Of a DNA stretch of 64,000 bases, positions 38,254 through 51,676 are shown one piece after another. Origin of the DNA: Octopus sinensis. Taxonomy: Eukaryota. The position numbers were made by a program, and so were the translations under genes. Below the pieces are notes generated by a model, which was not told the origin of the DNA, ran no database searches, and saw only the letters and a program-made list of their open reading frames with translations. Location: assembly GCF_006345805.1 (NCBI RefSeq), contig NC_043021.1, forward strand, positions 26,164,001 to 26,228,000, given 5' to 3'. Numbering within the stretch: position 1 is the first letter of the stretch; each line of letters starts with the position of its first letter.

Positions 38254-38759
38254 TATTTCACTGTTACTTTATTGATTCCAGGAATATGGAAGGAGGCAAA
38301 GATGATGACCTCAACAAGATTTGAACTTTCAATGTAGTGCTTCACAAAATCAGTTATCTACCACAATAACAATTAGCAATTTCTGGCATGTTAATTGAAC
38401 CAAATAGAAAATTAATTCCTCAATACAGGGAGGAGGAGGATGAATGGTAAAAATTACACCTGTTGGTTTTGTGATCTACAAATAAAAAGCAATGGCTGTG
38501 TGGTAAGAAGTTTGCTTCCCAACCACATGGCTCCAGGTTCAGTCCTACTGTGTAGCACCTTCAGAAAGTGCCTTCTACTATAGCCTCAGACCGACCAAAG
38601 CTTTGTGAATGAATTTGGCAGGCAGAAACTGAAAGAAGCCCATCTTACAAACACACACACGTCTGTGTGTAGATGTCCCCATAACTTAGCAGTTCAACCA
38701 AAGACACTGATAGAATAAGTACCAGGCTTAGGATCGATACATTCAACTAGAATTCATGA

Positions 38760-39410
38760 AGACCTGAAATTTCTGAAGGGGGGGGGGTAGTCGATTACAC
38801 TGACCCCAATGCTCAACTGGTACTTAATTTATCAACCTCAGAAGGATGAAAAGCAAAGTCGACCATGGTTGAATTTGAACTCAGAATGTAAAGACAGACA
38901 AAATGTTGTCCAGTATGTTAACATTTCTGCCAAGTCACTGGGTTAATGATGATAATAATAATAATAATGATTTCAAATTTTGGCAAAGGGCCAGCAGCTT
39001 CTGAGGGGAGGGGAAGTTGATTACATTAACCCCAGTACACGACTGGTACTTATTTCAACTGACACTGAAAGGATGAAAGGCAAAGTTGACCTCAGCATAA
39101 TTTGAACCCAGAACATAAAGATAAACAAAAAACAACCAAGCTTTTGTCCCCTGTGTTAATGATTCTGCAAGCTCACTGCCTTGATAATATTCTTTTGTAC
39201 TCTTGGCAGAAGACCTGAAATTTTTGGGGGGAAGGACCAGTCAATTAATTCGACTCCAATACACAACTAGTACTTAATTTATCAATCCTCAAAGGATGAA
39301 AGGCAAAGTCGACCTTAGCAAAATTTGAACTCAGAAAGTAAAGACAGACGAAATACTGCTAAGCATTTTGCCCAGTGTGCTAACCTTTCTGCCAGCTTGC
39401 CACCTTACCT
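38760..39410 (-). mobile_element. Array of three Deu/Nin-domain-like SINEs
   Basis: Three consecutive reverse copies (ggatgaaa.gcaaagt.gacc…aatttgaac.cagaa) separated by AAT-type tails. Confidence 0.8.
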
Positions 39411-41699
39411 TAATGATAAGGGTTGACAAAAATTTCAAAGGACAAGGAAATCCCAATTTCCAACAATAGCATAAGACCCCAAATCTTTCAGATAAGGTTT
39501 AATTATTTTATTGATGCTGGAAGAATAAAAAGTGAAGCTGATGTAAGTAAATTTGGATCTAAAAAGAAGAGCATTGCGAAAATAGCTCCAAAGACTTGGT
39601 CCTAACATCATAGAAACAAAAACCAGTGACGTCTTCATTCGTTTGCCAGACAAAGAACTGTACTTGTTGTGTAGAGACAATCTTGCCTGGAAAACAATGA
39701 CCTCATGCTGCTGTGGAGAAACCAGAAGTAGGCTCTTGGCCAAAGCATTACCAAATGCTGCCAGACACCTACTGCTGACAAATTCACTTTTAGCAAACAC
39801 ACACACACACACACACACATCATAATAGATCATAAAATTACACCACATAAAAATTAACTGTAATTTATTTCCCTAATATCATTTATCATCCATTTTCCCA
39901 CCCTAGTGTAAGTCAGTCTTTTGAAGCTGATTTTCTACAACCAGATGCCTCTCCTGTTGCTGACCCTCACCTCTTTAGAGGCAAAGTAATATTTCCCATG
40001 ACCAAACATGGATTTTTATGGAAGACAGGAAACTAACAACATCGCATGTACAAAGGCAACGCTTGTTTATAACAATCATGTGATGTGAAGACAAGGGACA
40101 CACACACACACAATCATCATCATTTAACATCTCTTTTCCTTGCTGGCATGGGTTAGATGGCCTGACTGGGGTTTGTAAGCCAGAGAGCTGCACCAGGCTT
40201 CAGTTTGATTTGGCCTGGTTTCTATGGCTGGATGTCCTTCCTAATGCCAACCACTCCTCAGACTGTAGCGGGTGCCTTTTACATGTCACCATCACTGGCC
40301 ATGACTACGATTTCACTTGGCTTGACATGTCTTCTCAAGCAAATCACCAAAGATCAAAATCATTTGTCATCACCTCTGTGGGACTCAACATCCAGAGATC
40401 ATGCTTCTCCACCTCCTCCCATGTCTTCCTGGTCCCCCCCACACACACACACACAAAATCCATCTTAGAGGTAATAGGTGCTGCACAGTGGGACTGAAAG
40501 CAAGATCATATGTTTGGGAGACAACCTTCTTATCCACACAGCCACGACTGCCTCTATGTGGCATAAATACACAACATTAAAATTAAATATCTTAAATGAA
40601 GCTCCATTGAAAATGTCTTGTGAGTATCGGGTTATAAATTGCATGGAAGAGTATGCCATGCCATGAGCCCTCAACTCCTTGAGGGTGTCATAGGTGGGCA
40701 GCTGCAACATACAGCATGTCCTGGCAGAGTCCTTCCAGAAGGAAAGAGACAAAAGAAAGAAGGAAAAGGAGAGAGACCCCACTACAATACTGATACTTTA
40801 TTTACTGACACTCAAAAGGATGAACAGCAAAGTCAGTCTGGGTGGGGATTGAACTTAGAGTGCAGAGAGCTAGAACACTTACTGCAAAGCAATCTATCCA
40901 ATGCTCAAACAAATCTGTCACATGGTTGCCTAAAAAGAAGGGTTTGGCCATGTGGGTAAGAAGCTCACTTCCCAACCATGTGGTCTTGGGTTCAGTACCA
41001 CTGTATGGCACCTTGGTGTTTTCTACTATAGCCCCAGGCCAACCAAAGCACTGTGAATGGATTTGGTAGATGGAAAATGAAAGAAACCCATCTTATATAC
41101 ATACACGTTTGTGTGTGTCTTTGTGTTGTGTTTTGTCTTTCACTACCGTTTGACAACCAATGTTGGTTTGTTCACATCCTTGTAAGTTAGTGGTTTGGCA
41201 AGGATAAAGAGATCAATATAAGTACCAGACTTGGAAAATGTAAGTACTGGGCTAAATTTGTTCAAGTAAACCCTTTAAGGTGGTGCTCCAGACTGGCAGC
41301 AGTCCAATGTCCGAAATAAAACAAGTAAAATAAAAACAAAAAAAGAAAAGATATAATAATACTAACACTAACTTAACTGTAGATTTTCCCATGCCTGGTG
41401 TCTTGGAGAAATTAACTGAGCTCCATCAAAACTCACTTCTACAATCGGTGCCAACCCTTCAGCATTTAAAGCAGAGATGGCAGGCCAAAATATTCTGTTT
41501 TATCTTCAAACCAGCCAGATCCAGCCTCTCACACCAACTCAATAATGTTATTCTAAAAACAAACAATCACACAATTGAAATCTCAAAACTAGGAGATAAT
41601 GCAGGATTAATCGAAAACACCATATAGAAAAAAACTGACTCAACTGCTGTACAGAAAAAGCATCAACCTGACAGATGGGAGTGTCGGTGATGGACCCTT

Positions 41700-42294
41700 C
41701 TTGATTGTGAGCAATGAATTTGGTTTTACTAGAATTAACAAGTAGTCCAACATCCGGTGCAGCTCATTCTAGACTATGAAGTAACTGGGTGGAGTTTGAT
41801 ATTGTATCAGAGGGTAAGGTCAATGACCATCAGCAATGTCTACATTGGTCATTTTTGGAGCTGGATGTCCAATCGATCTTCTTTTCGTGAGTGTGGAAAC
41901 AACATTGCTTAGATTGTTGAAAAACTGGAATCCAAGCTAGATGGAACTTACACCCGAATGTTAAGTGCAGTCTTAAACATATCTCAGAGAACTCAACCCA
42001 CCAAGAAACAGCTGTATAGAAAATCTCCTGCCTGTTTCCATCATCATAAAGGAAAGGCACTTGCACTTTGCAGGACATAGCTGATGAGCTAAACAAGAGC
42101 CGGCAAGTGGTCTAATGGCTATGGATGCCAAAGCATGGCCATGCTTGAGCAGGTTGTCTGAACACAACATGTGTAGATCAACATGGCACAGGCACTAGAT
42201 GCCTCCCTAAAGACCTCCCTCAACTAATGCAGGACTGAGATGGATGGTGTGTGCATGTTAAAAATATCCAAGCAAGCATTAATGACAATGATGA
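41700..42294 (+). mobile_element. 5'-truncated RTE-X-type LINE 3' end
   Basis: Translates LESKLDGTYTRMLSAVLNISQRTQPTKKQLY, followed by a degenerate HFAGH region, ending in atgacaatgatga. Confidence 0.8.
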
Positions 42295-43129
42295 ATCCAA
42301 AACAAGGTAAATAAATAAGCATAGCATTCGTAAATAAAGTAATCTGAATGCTAAATGGTTACACCTGGTTTAATAGCAGTGTCCATCAACTTTTGTTGGG
42401 AATCTGGGAGTGACAAGAGAACAGAAGGAATTGGAGATGGGTTTTGAATGTTTGCTATGGATTTTCCGTTGACTGATTTTCACTTGCAGAGCTCTACACA
42501 ACCTGCAGCCATGCTAAAAGATGAGCCAAGGAATCAGGTGAGGGATTATGCAAGTGCACCCCCTGGTGGAGTACTGGGTGGTGGCCACGGACAGTCTTCA
42601 CAGATTGTTGATGGCTGAAACTTCTTGGAGTTGTAGACGACACAACTTTCATAGCAGAAGTCAGTGTGTCACACATACATTTGTGACAATGAAATATCAA
42701 GAGTTCTGTGATTCTGAATGCACAGAGGATGCAATAGAGGCAAGAATATTCTGGTTGCCCCCTGCATGGATCCCTTGCTGAATTACTGGAGTGGTCAAAG
42801 TTATTGGCTTTATTGATCACTGATGGACAAAAAGTGACAACTTTATCCATCTTCCACCTCTGTTTACTTTCTATAGCTCTTTCTTTTTATTTGAACCGTT
42901 TAGTATTGAAACGAGTCATATCTAGCCTCAATATTCCACCAGATTTATGTTAAAACTGACCAGATCTGACCTCTCACACTTACTCTACAATATCATTCTA
43001 AAAATAAGGAATCACATCATGAAAAGGAATAATTTCAAACAATGTGAATAAATAAGCATTACATTTCACAGAGTAATCTGAATGTTAAAGAATTAATTTT
43101 ACTTTTTTTGGCCAATTCCAGTTCATAAA

Positions 43130-43770
43130 ATTTGACAGGTTATTATTACATTCTGAGTTCAAATTCTGCTGAAGTCAACTTTACTTTTCATTCTTTTGGG
43201 GTCAATAAAGTACCAGTTGAGTACTGGGATCGATGTAATCAACTTACCCCATCTCCCAAAATTGCAGGCCTTGTGCTGTTAGTAGAAAGAATTATTATCA
43301 TCATCATTAAAATGGTGAGCTGGCAGAATTGTTAGCATGCCAGACAAAATGCCTGACAGCATTTTGTCTGACTTTACATTCGGATTTCAAATTCTGGGGT
43401 TGACGTTGCCTTTCATCCTTTCGGGGCCAATACATTAAGAACCAGTTGAGTGCTGGGGTCAATGTAATTGACTAGTCCCCTCCTCCCCAAATTAGAGATC
43501 TTGTGCATTTAGTAGAAAGGATTATTATTATTATTAAGGTAGCAAGCTGGCAGAATCATTATCGCACCAGGCAAAATGCTTGACAGCATTTTTCTGTCTT
43601 TATGTTCAGCGTTCACAAACCACTGAGGTCGACTTTGTCTTTCATCCTTTCGGGGTTGATAAATTAAGTACCAGGGAAATTCTGAGGTTGATGTAATTGA
43701 CTAGTTCCCTCCCTCAAAATTTCAGGCCTTGTACCTCTAATAGAAAGATTATTATTATTATTATTAAGAA
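43130..43770 (+). mobile_element. Array of three Deu/Nin-domain-like SINEs
   Basis: Head-to-tail copies with (ATT)n spacers. Confidence 0.8.
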
Positions 43771-44040
43771 AATTGCATAAGTACAGAGAGGCAGTCAGTG
43801 TAGCAAAAGAAACGTTTCAAGTAATTCTTCTGCAACTGTCGTAGCGAATGTAAGCAAGAAAGCTATTGACACTTATTCAAGACTGGTTGTGTTTACTTTC
43901 AATTTGGAGTCAATTACAACACAGTTAGTATTGCACCTGCTGTCGTGGAAGAAAAGACCAGGTAAATCTCTTTGAAATAAATCTTGAATACTAATCTCTA
44001 ATTATTTCTTTCTCCTCTACAAATCATATTCACATACTTG

Positions 44041-44046
44041 GAGAGA

Positions 44047-44099
<53 letters not shown>
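44041..44099. repeat. (GA)n microsatellite
   Basis: Read directly from the sequence. Confidence 0.95.
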
Positions 44100-44102
<3 letters not shown>

Positions 44103-45617
44103 CAACTACAGAACAAACTCAGTGACAGAAGTTATCAATTAAGATATTTCTTTTTTAAATTAACACAATTAGCAAGAACAACAACAGCTGTTAAAAATTC
44201 TACCAAACGAAGCAGAACACAATAAAACAGATTGTTTCAATACAAGAGAATCACTGTTGTTTTTTATTGTGTAATGAATGCCAACTCCCTCCACACTTCT
44301 CTCACCCTGTCTATGGTTCTGTGAGAATGGTACCAACCCAACTATGACCACCCCTACTTCTATGATAAAAATAACTTTCCTGTTTTAAAGTGATCCAACT
44401 TAAAACCTTCCATCAAAATTTCAAGTTAATCTATCTTCCAAACACCAGCTCATTTCACTGAATCCTTCGTTATTTTCAAAATTAATTAAATGAAATGCAG
44501 TTATTTCAACAGAAATATGGTGACAAAAAGGTTTAACAAGTTTTACATTTTACCAACTTCTGGTAGAAAAAAAAATGTCTTTACAGGAATTAATCATGTA
44601 CAATGAATGATTATTGTCAATAATAATACAGTACAATTAATCCTAAAACCCAGTCTTCAGCAGTCATGCAATATTGCTCATCTTTTACAATAACTACAGA
44701 ATCTGTTAGCATGTCACACACACACAGATTTCTTTGACCAGAGTGTTCTGCCAACAGTTATCTCTCACCCTCTCATATGTGTGTGTGTGTGTGTGTGTGT
44801 GTCATCATCATCATTTAACATCCGTTTTCCATGTTGGCATGGGTTGGACAGTTTGACAGGAGCTGGCCAGCAGGGTGGGCTAAGCATTTTCCCTGACATG
44901 CAGACAATTCTGCCAGTTCACCCCCTTCAAGGTACCAATAATCTTTTCTTCTACAGGCACGAGGCTTGAAATTTTGGGTGAGGGGGGGACCAGTCAATTA
45001 CACCAAACCCGGGCCTCAAAGTTGGTAGAATTTGAACTCAGAATATAAAGATGGACGAAATATAACTAAACATTGCGCCCAGCATGCTAACGATTCTGCC
45101 AGCTCGTCGCCTTAACGACTAATTTTCATTTGGTACTAACACAACCAAGAAGATCAAAATTGTTTGCATTGTTAGATCAGGTTTGTTTTTGTGTTTCAAA
45201 GCGGGGGGGGGGGACAAAAGAAACATGGCTGTTTGCAATAAGGCAAGACTTTTGAAGAAGAAATTAACAGATTAACGGTGCTCCAGCATGGCCACAGTCA
45301 AATGACTGAAACAAGTAAAAGAATGGCATTTGCTTTGCCTTGAGTGAGAGCCTGAAGACTTTTATGAATTATTCTTATTATTATTATGCCCAGGTCAGAC
45401 AAAATTTATTGAGGTAGGTATTCTAAGGCAAGATGCTCTACTTTAACAAACTCTTACCTGCTACAAAGGTAATATTTCACCTTGGCTGAGCAGGTGAAAC
45501 AAATGACACTGCTTGTGTTAATATAGTGCTAATCATTTAGAACTGTCATGTGATGTCAAGACAAGGAGACAAACACACACACATACACAACATTTATATA
45601 TATATATATATATATAT

Positions 45618-45985
45618 AGGAGTGGCTGTGTGGTAAGTAGCTTGCTTACCAACCACATGGTTCTGGGTTCAGTCCCACTGTGTGCCACTATGGGCAAGTG
45701 TCTTCTACTATAGTCTTGGGTTGACCAAAGCGTTGCGAGTGGATTTAGTAGACAGGAACTGAAAAAAGTCCATCGTGTATATATGTGTGTGTGTGTGTCT
45801 GCCCCCCCCCCCCCCACCGCTTGACAACCGATGATGGTGTGTTTACATCCCCGTAACTTATTGGTTCGGCAAAAGAGACCGATAGGATAAGTATTAAGCT
45901 TACAAAGAAAAGGATCTAGAGTCGATTTCTTCAACTAAAAGCGGTGCTCCAGCATGACCTAGTCAAATGACTGAAACAAATAAGA
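45618..45985 (+). mobile_element. Full-length tRNA-head SINE (non-RTE tail) inserted in (TA)n
   Basis: aggagtggctgtgtggtaagtagcttgcttaccaaccac…gcggtgctccagcatgacc…atgactgaaac. Confidence 0.85.
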
Positions 45986-45990
45986 GTATG

Positions 45991-46030
<40 letters not shown>

Positions 46031-48285
46031 AGCTTCTTTCAGTTTCTGTGTACCAAATTTACTCACAAGGTCTGAGTTATAGCAGAAGACATTTGCCCAA
46101 GGTGGCACAGAGTGGGACTGATTCCAAAACCATGTGGATGGGAAGCAAAATTCTTAACCACACAGCCAGCCTGTTCCTAAAACAAACAGGAATCTGTTAC
46201 TGTTTTTTAAATTAGCATTGATCCAATTTTTTTTTTATTGCAGAAAGAGAGAAAGAGAGAGAGAGAGACTAATAAAGACTTCATTCTTGAGAGAAATATT
46301 ACTATTGATGGGGTGTAGGTGATGGTGGAAAATCATTAATCCTATCTCGGTTCTGGTTATTGATCCGATTTTCAAACAATATTTGCTTCTAAATAATTCG
46401 CTTTAGAGCTTTTAGGAGTAATTGACAAAATGCTTACGACAGTCGTTCACTCACTGGCTTTCTGAAGCACACACCTTCAGACTCAGATACAAAAAAGAAA
46501 TAAACTTTTTTTTTATTTTAGTTAGCCTTTTGTTTCCATTTTGCAGAGAATTTATACAGAATGATTTTGTGGATTCTGTAAAACTTACCCAACCCACCAC
46601 CTGGCAAAATTGAAGTTTGTATCATCATCATCTCCATTCAATGTCTGTTTTCCATGCTGGCATGAGTTGGATGGTTTGAAAGGAGCTAGTAAGGCCAGGG
46701 GCTCTGTTTGAACATGTTTTCTACAGCTTGATGCCCTTCCTAACACCAACCACTTCACGGCATGTACTGGATACTTTTTACATGGCACCAGCACCAGTGC
46801 TTTGTATCTTCATAAATATAGTTTGTAGAGAAACAAGATTTGTATTCCTGCACTGCTCCATTCAAATCTTTCTATTAACACACAACCAGAGGCAAAAGTA
46901 GCAAGAAGATCATAGCAATTAATGCTTCCTCAACAGAGACAGCAACTAATTTGAGTTTTATTAAAAATCAGAGACTATGCTAAGTCCAGAGCTGAAATAA
47001 CTTGTTTTGCATTATTACTAAGCTATGTAGAGAATCCCAGCAAGCAGAGAAGCGAAACTGCCATCATCATCAGTTTAATGTCCACTTTACCATGCTTGCA
47101 GGGGATAGATTTTCACTGACTGGATGCCCTTCCTGTCACCAATCCTCACCTCTTTCCAGGGAAGGTAATATTTTCACCCCCAGACATGTTTTCAAGGGAG
47201 ACTAAAGCAAGGGAAACTATTTGTATAATGGTGACATCCATTCATAATTATTGTGATGTCAAGACAAGGAGACACAAACACTCAAACATACATACGTGAT
47301 GGGCTTCTTTCAGTTTCTGTCACCAAATCCACTAAAAAGAAAGCTTTCTCAGTAAACAATGGCAGTTGCTAGATTTCAATGTGACAACAGAGGCTGATGT
47401 GTTTTAGCCCCAGGTCAGCTCCAACCGAGCAGATTCATGGCGTGCAGGTAATTGGTTGAATGGTAAAGTGCAACCCAAAGATCTCGTTTCAGACACACCA
47501 CACCTTTATCTAGCTAAAGACTAAACAGCCAGTTTCACCATGCAGTGATGAATTTTACTCTATCTCTCTCCAGTGACTGGTCTGTACCGAAGCTAAACGA
47601 GGCTGATGTGTATAGCAATGAACACAGAGAACAGGTAATGTTGACAACAGATTAAGTCAGAAACGAAGAGTTGGATGCACTTTTGTACAGCATATACAGC
47701 CAGCCATGCAAATGTATACAGTTGTCACACAAAATATATAATGCCTACAACTTTGCCACATTATAGTGCACACAGAACAGTTAATATTTTAACCTTGATT
47801 TTTTCCCCCTTTTTTTTTCTTCTTTTTACGAAGGCACATGGTCCAGTGGTTCAAGTGCTCAACTCATAAGAACAATTAATTCCTGGACTGGGTGACATGC
47901 TGTGCCCTTGAGCAAGGCATTTCCTTTCACATTGCTTCTGCTTAACTGGAAACAAGTGCCAGCCTAGTGTTGGTGCAGCTCTCTCTCTCTCTCTTTCAAT
48001 GGTTGAGAGGGTTTATGATCACATCACCATTTAACATCCATTTTCCATGCTGGCATGGGTTGGATGGTTTGACTGAAAACTGGTAAGCTGCACCAACTTC
48101 CGATCTGACTTGGCAAGGTTTCTATAGCTGGATGCCCTTCCAAACGCCAACCACTCAGCAGAGTGTAGTGGGTGTTCTTAATCCCACTGTCACAATATTT
48201 AGAAGGATTCTTTCAGTTCAGTTTTTTGGGGTTTTTCGGTTTTGATTTTTAAAAGATTCTATCAGGTAACGAGTTGGTTTTCAGT

Positions 48286-48500
48286 TTAACTCTTTCAATA
48301 CCAACCTGCCTGTGAATGCCCCTAATTTTACAAAGCAAATTCCTCATTTTAAAGCATCTGAATTAAAGTCATCCATCAAAATTCCATGCTGATTGATGTT
48401 CCAAACATCAGTTTAACAATGACAAAGTTATTTCAATCAATTTTTCATTATTTTCCAAAAGCAGTGTATTTCAACAGAAATATGGTACCAAAAGGGTTAA
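48286..48500. mobile_element. piggyBac-type MITE, family 2
   Basis: ttaa|ctctttcaatacc…ggtaccaaaaggg|ttaa. Related copies lie near 4130-4270, 29370-29600 and 44320-44535. Confidence 0.7.
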
Positions 48501-48627
48501 GCTGCAGCTTAAAGGGGCAGGTTGATATTGGCTCTCATTGGTTTCAGGTGATATCTTGGTCTCCTGTGACCCTTGTATCAGGTCATGGCCCTTGGTGTCC
48601 GTTCATCTTGCCCCTGGGCTTCATGCC

Positions 48628-49073
48628 TGTGCTGTCATTAACCCTTTGGTATTTAAACTGGACATATCAGATCCAAACATTCAACTTGTTTTAGGTTCAA
48701 ACTGGCCACTCACACCTAACAATGTTATTCTAAAAATAAGCAATCACACATCATTGAAATTGTGAAGCCACAAGGGGATGCAGAAAAGTTCCTGGCCTTA
48801 AAGGTGTTGCGAAAGGCCTGGTTGGAGACCCAGCCTTTTGGGTTCTTTTACAGGGCTTAGAAAAACTGAAGGACCACTGCAATAAGTGTGTGAATCTGTG
48901 AGGGGAATATGTTGAATAAAATTATAATTAACCAATCCTCCTATATTTTCTTCTACCCAAAGCCAGGAACCTTTCAGTAGCCCCACCCCCCATAAAGGAT
49001 AATACATAATTCAAAACAATGTAAATCAATGTCCCTTACATTTGACAGAATAATCTGAATGCCAAAGGGTTAG
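48628..49073 (+). mobile_element. piggyBac-type MITE, family 1, split by a mariner element
   Basis: ttaaccctttggtattt at the left end and aatgccaaagggtta at the right end. The family body resumes after the insert. Confidence 0.7.
48770..48986 (+). mobile_element. Internally deleted Tc1/mariner element
   Basis: TIRs ggggatgcagaaaagttcctggc / gccaggaacctttcagtagcccc. It retains the transposase end (aataagtgtgtgaat…gaatatgttgaataa, KCV…EYVE*). Confidence 0.75.
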
Positions 49074-50585
49074 ACACAACCCGACTCACAGAATAATAAA
49101 ATCAACATCAGATTTCTTCCCTCATTTGCAGACAATTTAGTCTTCTGTAATATTCTTGTTTTTATCCAACCACTCAAAGTTCACAAGGAATTTTTATCTT
49201 GCTTACGGCTGGAGATAATCCTTACTAATGGAGGATAAAACTCAACTGATTTATGCCTTAACTACTGGTCCCGTTAGGATTAAGCCTATGAAAATTCTCC
49301 CTAACCCTCTCTGGACAGTGCATTACTCTTTTGCAGGTAATTTCGTAAGAGATCCCTGCACTTATTTCTGACAGTCAGGTAGACTACAGCTAATCCTTTT
49401 TCCAAAAGTAGCAATGATCTTCGTGGCCCCCTTTTGGATTCAATGCTGGTTCATTACATGTAGCTTTATCCACATAAACTGGACCTAGTGTTGCTAGTAA
49501 ACCAATCGTACTTCAGGGGCTGCTTGGAACTGCTACACCAGCACTCCAAATGGTACCTAGATACACTGGGGCCACTCAAAGGTAAAGTGTTCTCACATTA
49601 AAGGTGTGATAAACATCAACCTCTGCAATGATGATCTGCTACTCTAGCCATGGAGATAAGCCTACAGTCTTATCTCACATTGAAATGCTAACAATAGATT
49701 TATTTCACCTCAAAAGCCGTGAGCTCTCAATACGATACTCTATCAAGTCAGTTCTTTCACCCTGCAAGGAGTTCAGTATTAAACTCTGCTTTCTTGAGTA
49801 CTAAGTAAATCAAAGACAACTCATAAGACAATTTGGGGATCGATTCCCTGTGTCATATAAAGATGACCTGAGATGTATTGACTTCACCACCATCACCACC
49901 ACCCTCCTCCTCAGTGTTAAGCCTCTCTTAATGAAACACTTATTATTACTATGCAACACAATGCTTTTGTCATGGCTGACTGTTGTTAGTTCATAAACTG
50001 CAGCTAATGTTAGTGAGAGGGAAGAGTGTCTTCATTTTCTGCTCTTTTGCTGTTTTTTTTTTCTTTTTCTTTATATAATCCCCTCTTTTATTTTTTTGTA
50101 TTAGGCAAAACCCTTGCAAATTTTGCTGACCCATTTGTCGGACAGCTTACCTGTCTACCATCCCCTTTCTTCTTAAACCTTTGTTTTCTAAAAAGTTTTT
50201 ATGACATTAATTCTGGAGCTAAGCAGCTCTGGAAACCATCTGTTTGGAATTAGTCTCAAGCGAATTTAAAATACTGTCCTCGTAAAAAACTTAATTATTG
50301 CTATGAAAATATTAAACCCTGATTTTTCTGAATATACTCCAATCTGACATTCTCAATTAAAATCTCACTTCAAAAGGAAGAATGCAAGGTGGGCGCTTGG
50401 GTAAAAGACACTATGGCCTCCTTCTTAAAGTCAAATAGTGGTCAACAAAGTGAGAAAAAGAAGAAACATAATAACAATAAAAAATCGTATAAGTAGTAAT
50501 AATGGAGCTATGTCTGTTATCTTGTATAAGGTCGGTACCAAAAAATATACCAGCAATTTACTGAGGTTTTTTTTTTTTAACTCAC

Positions 50586-50735
50586 AAAGTACAGTACAAG
50601 CCAGTGTCATCACTTGCAAGTGAATTTGGCTCTTACTATTTGTTTTTGGTGCCTCTGTAGATATGAGCAGACAGGCACTCTGTCGGCAATCTACTGAGCT
50701 AGTAATAGAGACAGCTGCACCCAGCCGAGACACGC
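50586..50735 (-). CDS. Candidate 150-nt phase 1-1 exon (…VSRLGAAVSITSSVDCRQSACLLISTEAPKTNSKSQIHLQVMTLACTVL…), or a UTR exon
   Basis: Acceptor tttatttcatgctgttccag, donor T|gtgagt, an open frame, a 3n length and unique sequence. Confidence 0.4.
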
Positions 50736-51676
50736 CTGGAACAGCATGAAATAAAGCTCATGAACACAAATGCATTGCCTAGCCCAAGAACTGAAAGCAC
50801 AACCTTCTGATCACAAGCCAACACCCTAAAATACACACAAAGATATACACATATACAGGTAGAATCTTTATCCTGTCAAACAAAACATCCTGCAGTAGTT
50901 GTTGAGGCTCAAGTAACAAGTTCCAACAACCTCCAAAGTTAACACAGCCACCTTTCACCCAGCTGATAAAATAGAGTACCAGTCAAATACTGGGTCTAAT
51001 CCCCTGTCCTTAAAATAATTGCTGGCCTTTTGCCTAAATTAGATATGCTACTCTTTCTCCACTACCACTCTCCTCTAATTCTCTCTCTCACATATATATA
51101 ATAATAATGAATATAATTCCAAAACTTACAGGGAAAAATTCAATTTAACAATTTTAAATAAAATTTCACAATATATATGTATATAATTTAGAGAAAAACC
51201 ACTATTAAACAATTCAATAAAGAAAGATTATATATATATATATATATATCAAATACCGGTATCATGAAGAAAGCACCCTGTACAGTGGTTGGCACTGGGA
51301 AGGGCATCCAGTCTTGGAAACTATGCCAAAACTGAGACAGACCTCCACCCCCCACCCCACTCACTGAATCCTGTCAAACTGTCCAACTCATGGAAATCAG
51401 ACATAAACTGATATATATATATATACATACATACATACATACATACATTTCTTTACATTTATATACAGATGTATACATATATCTGTATATACATCCACAC
51501 ACATTAAAGAGCCTTACACACGCACGTGTCCGTGGTTGGATGAATTTCTTCCTAACGTAGAAGCCAACAATTATTGAACCGCTAACCGTCTCCTCTGCTC
51601 ACAGTTAAAAAACTATAGAAACACAAGAAAGAAAGAAATAAAAAACAGCTTTTACCAAAAATACTAACAAACATAC

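Noticed and set aside
40465-40782. Minus-strand frame DSARTCCMLQLPTYDTLKEL resembling a HECT C-terminus, behind a strong pyrimidine tract (acceptor at 40731)
   Set aside because: The motif spacing is off, there is no convincing donor, and no other HECT exons are present. It merits a BLAST only.
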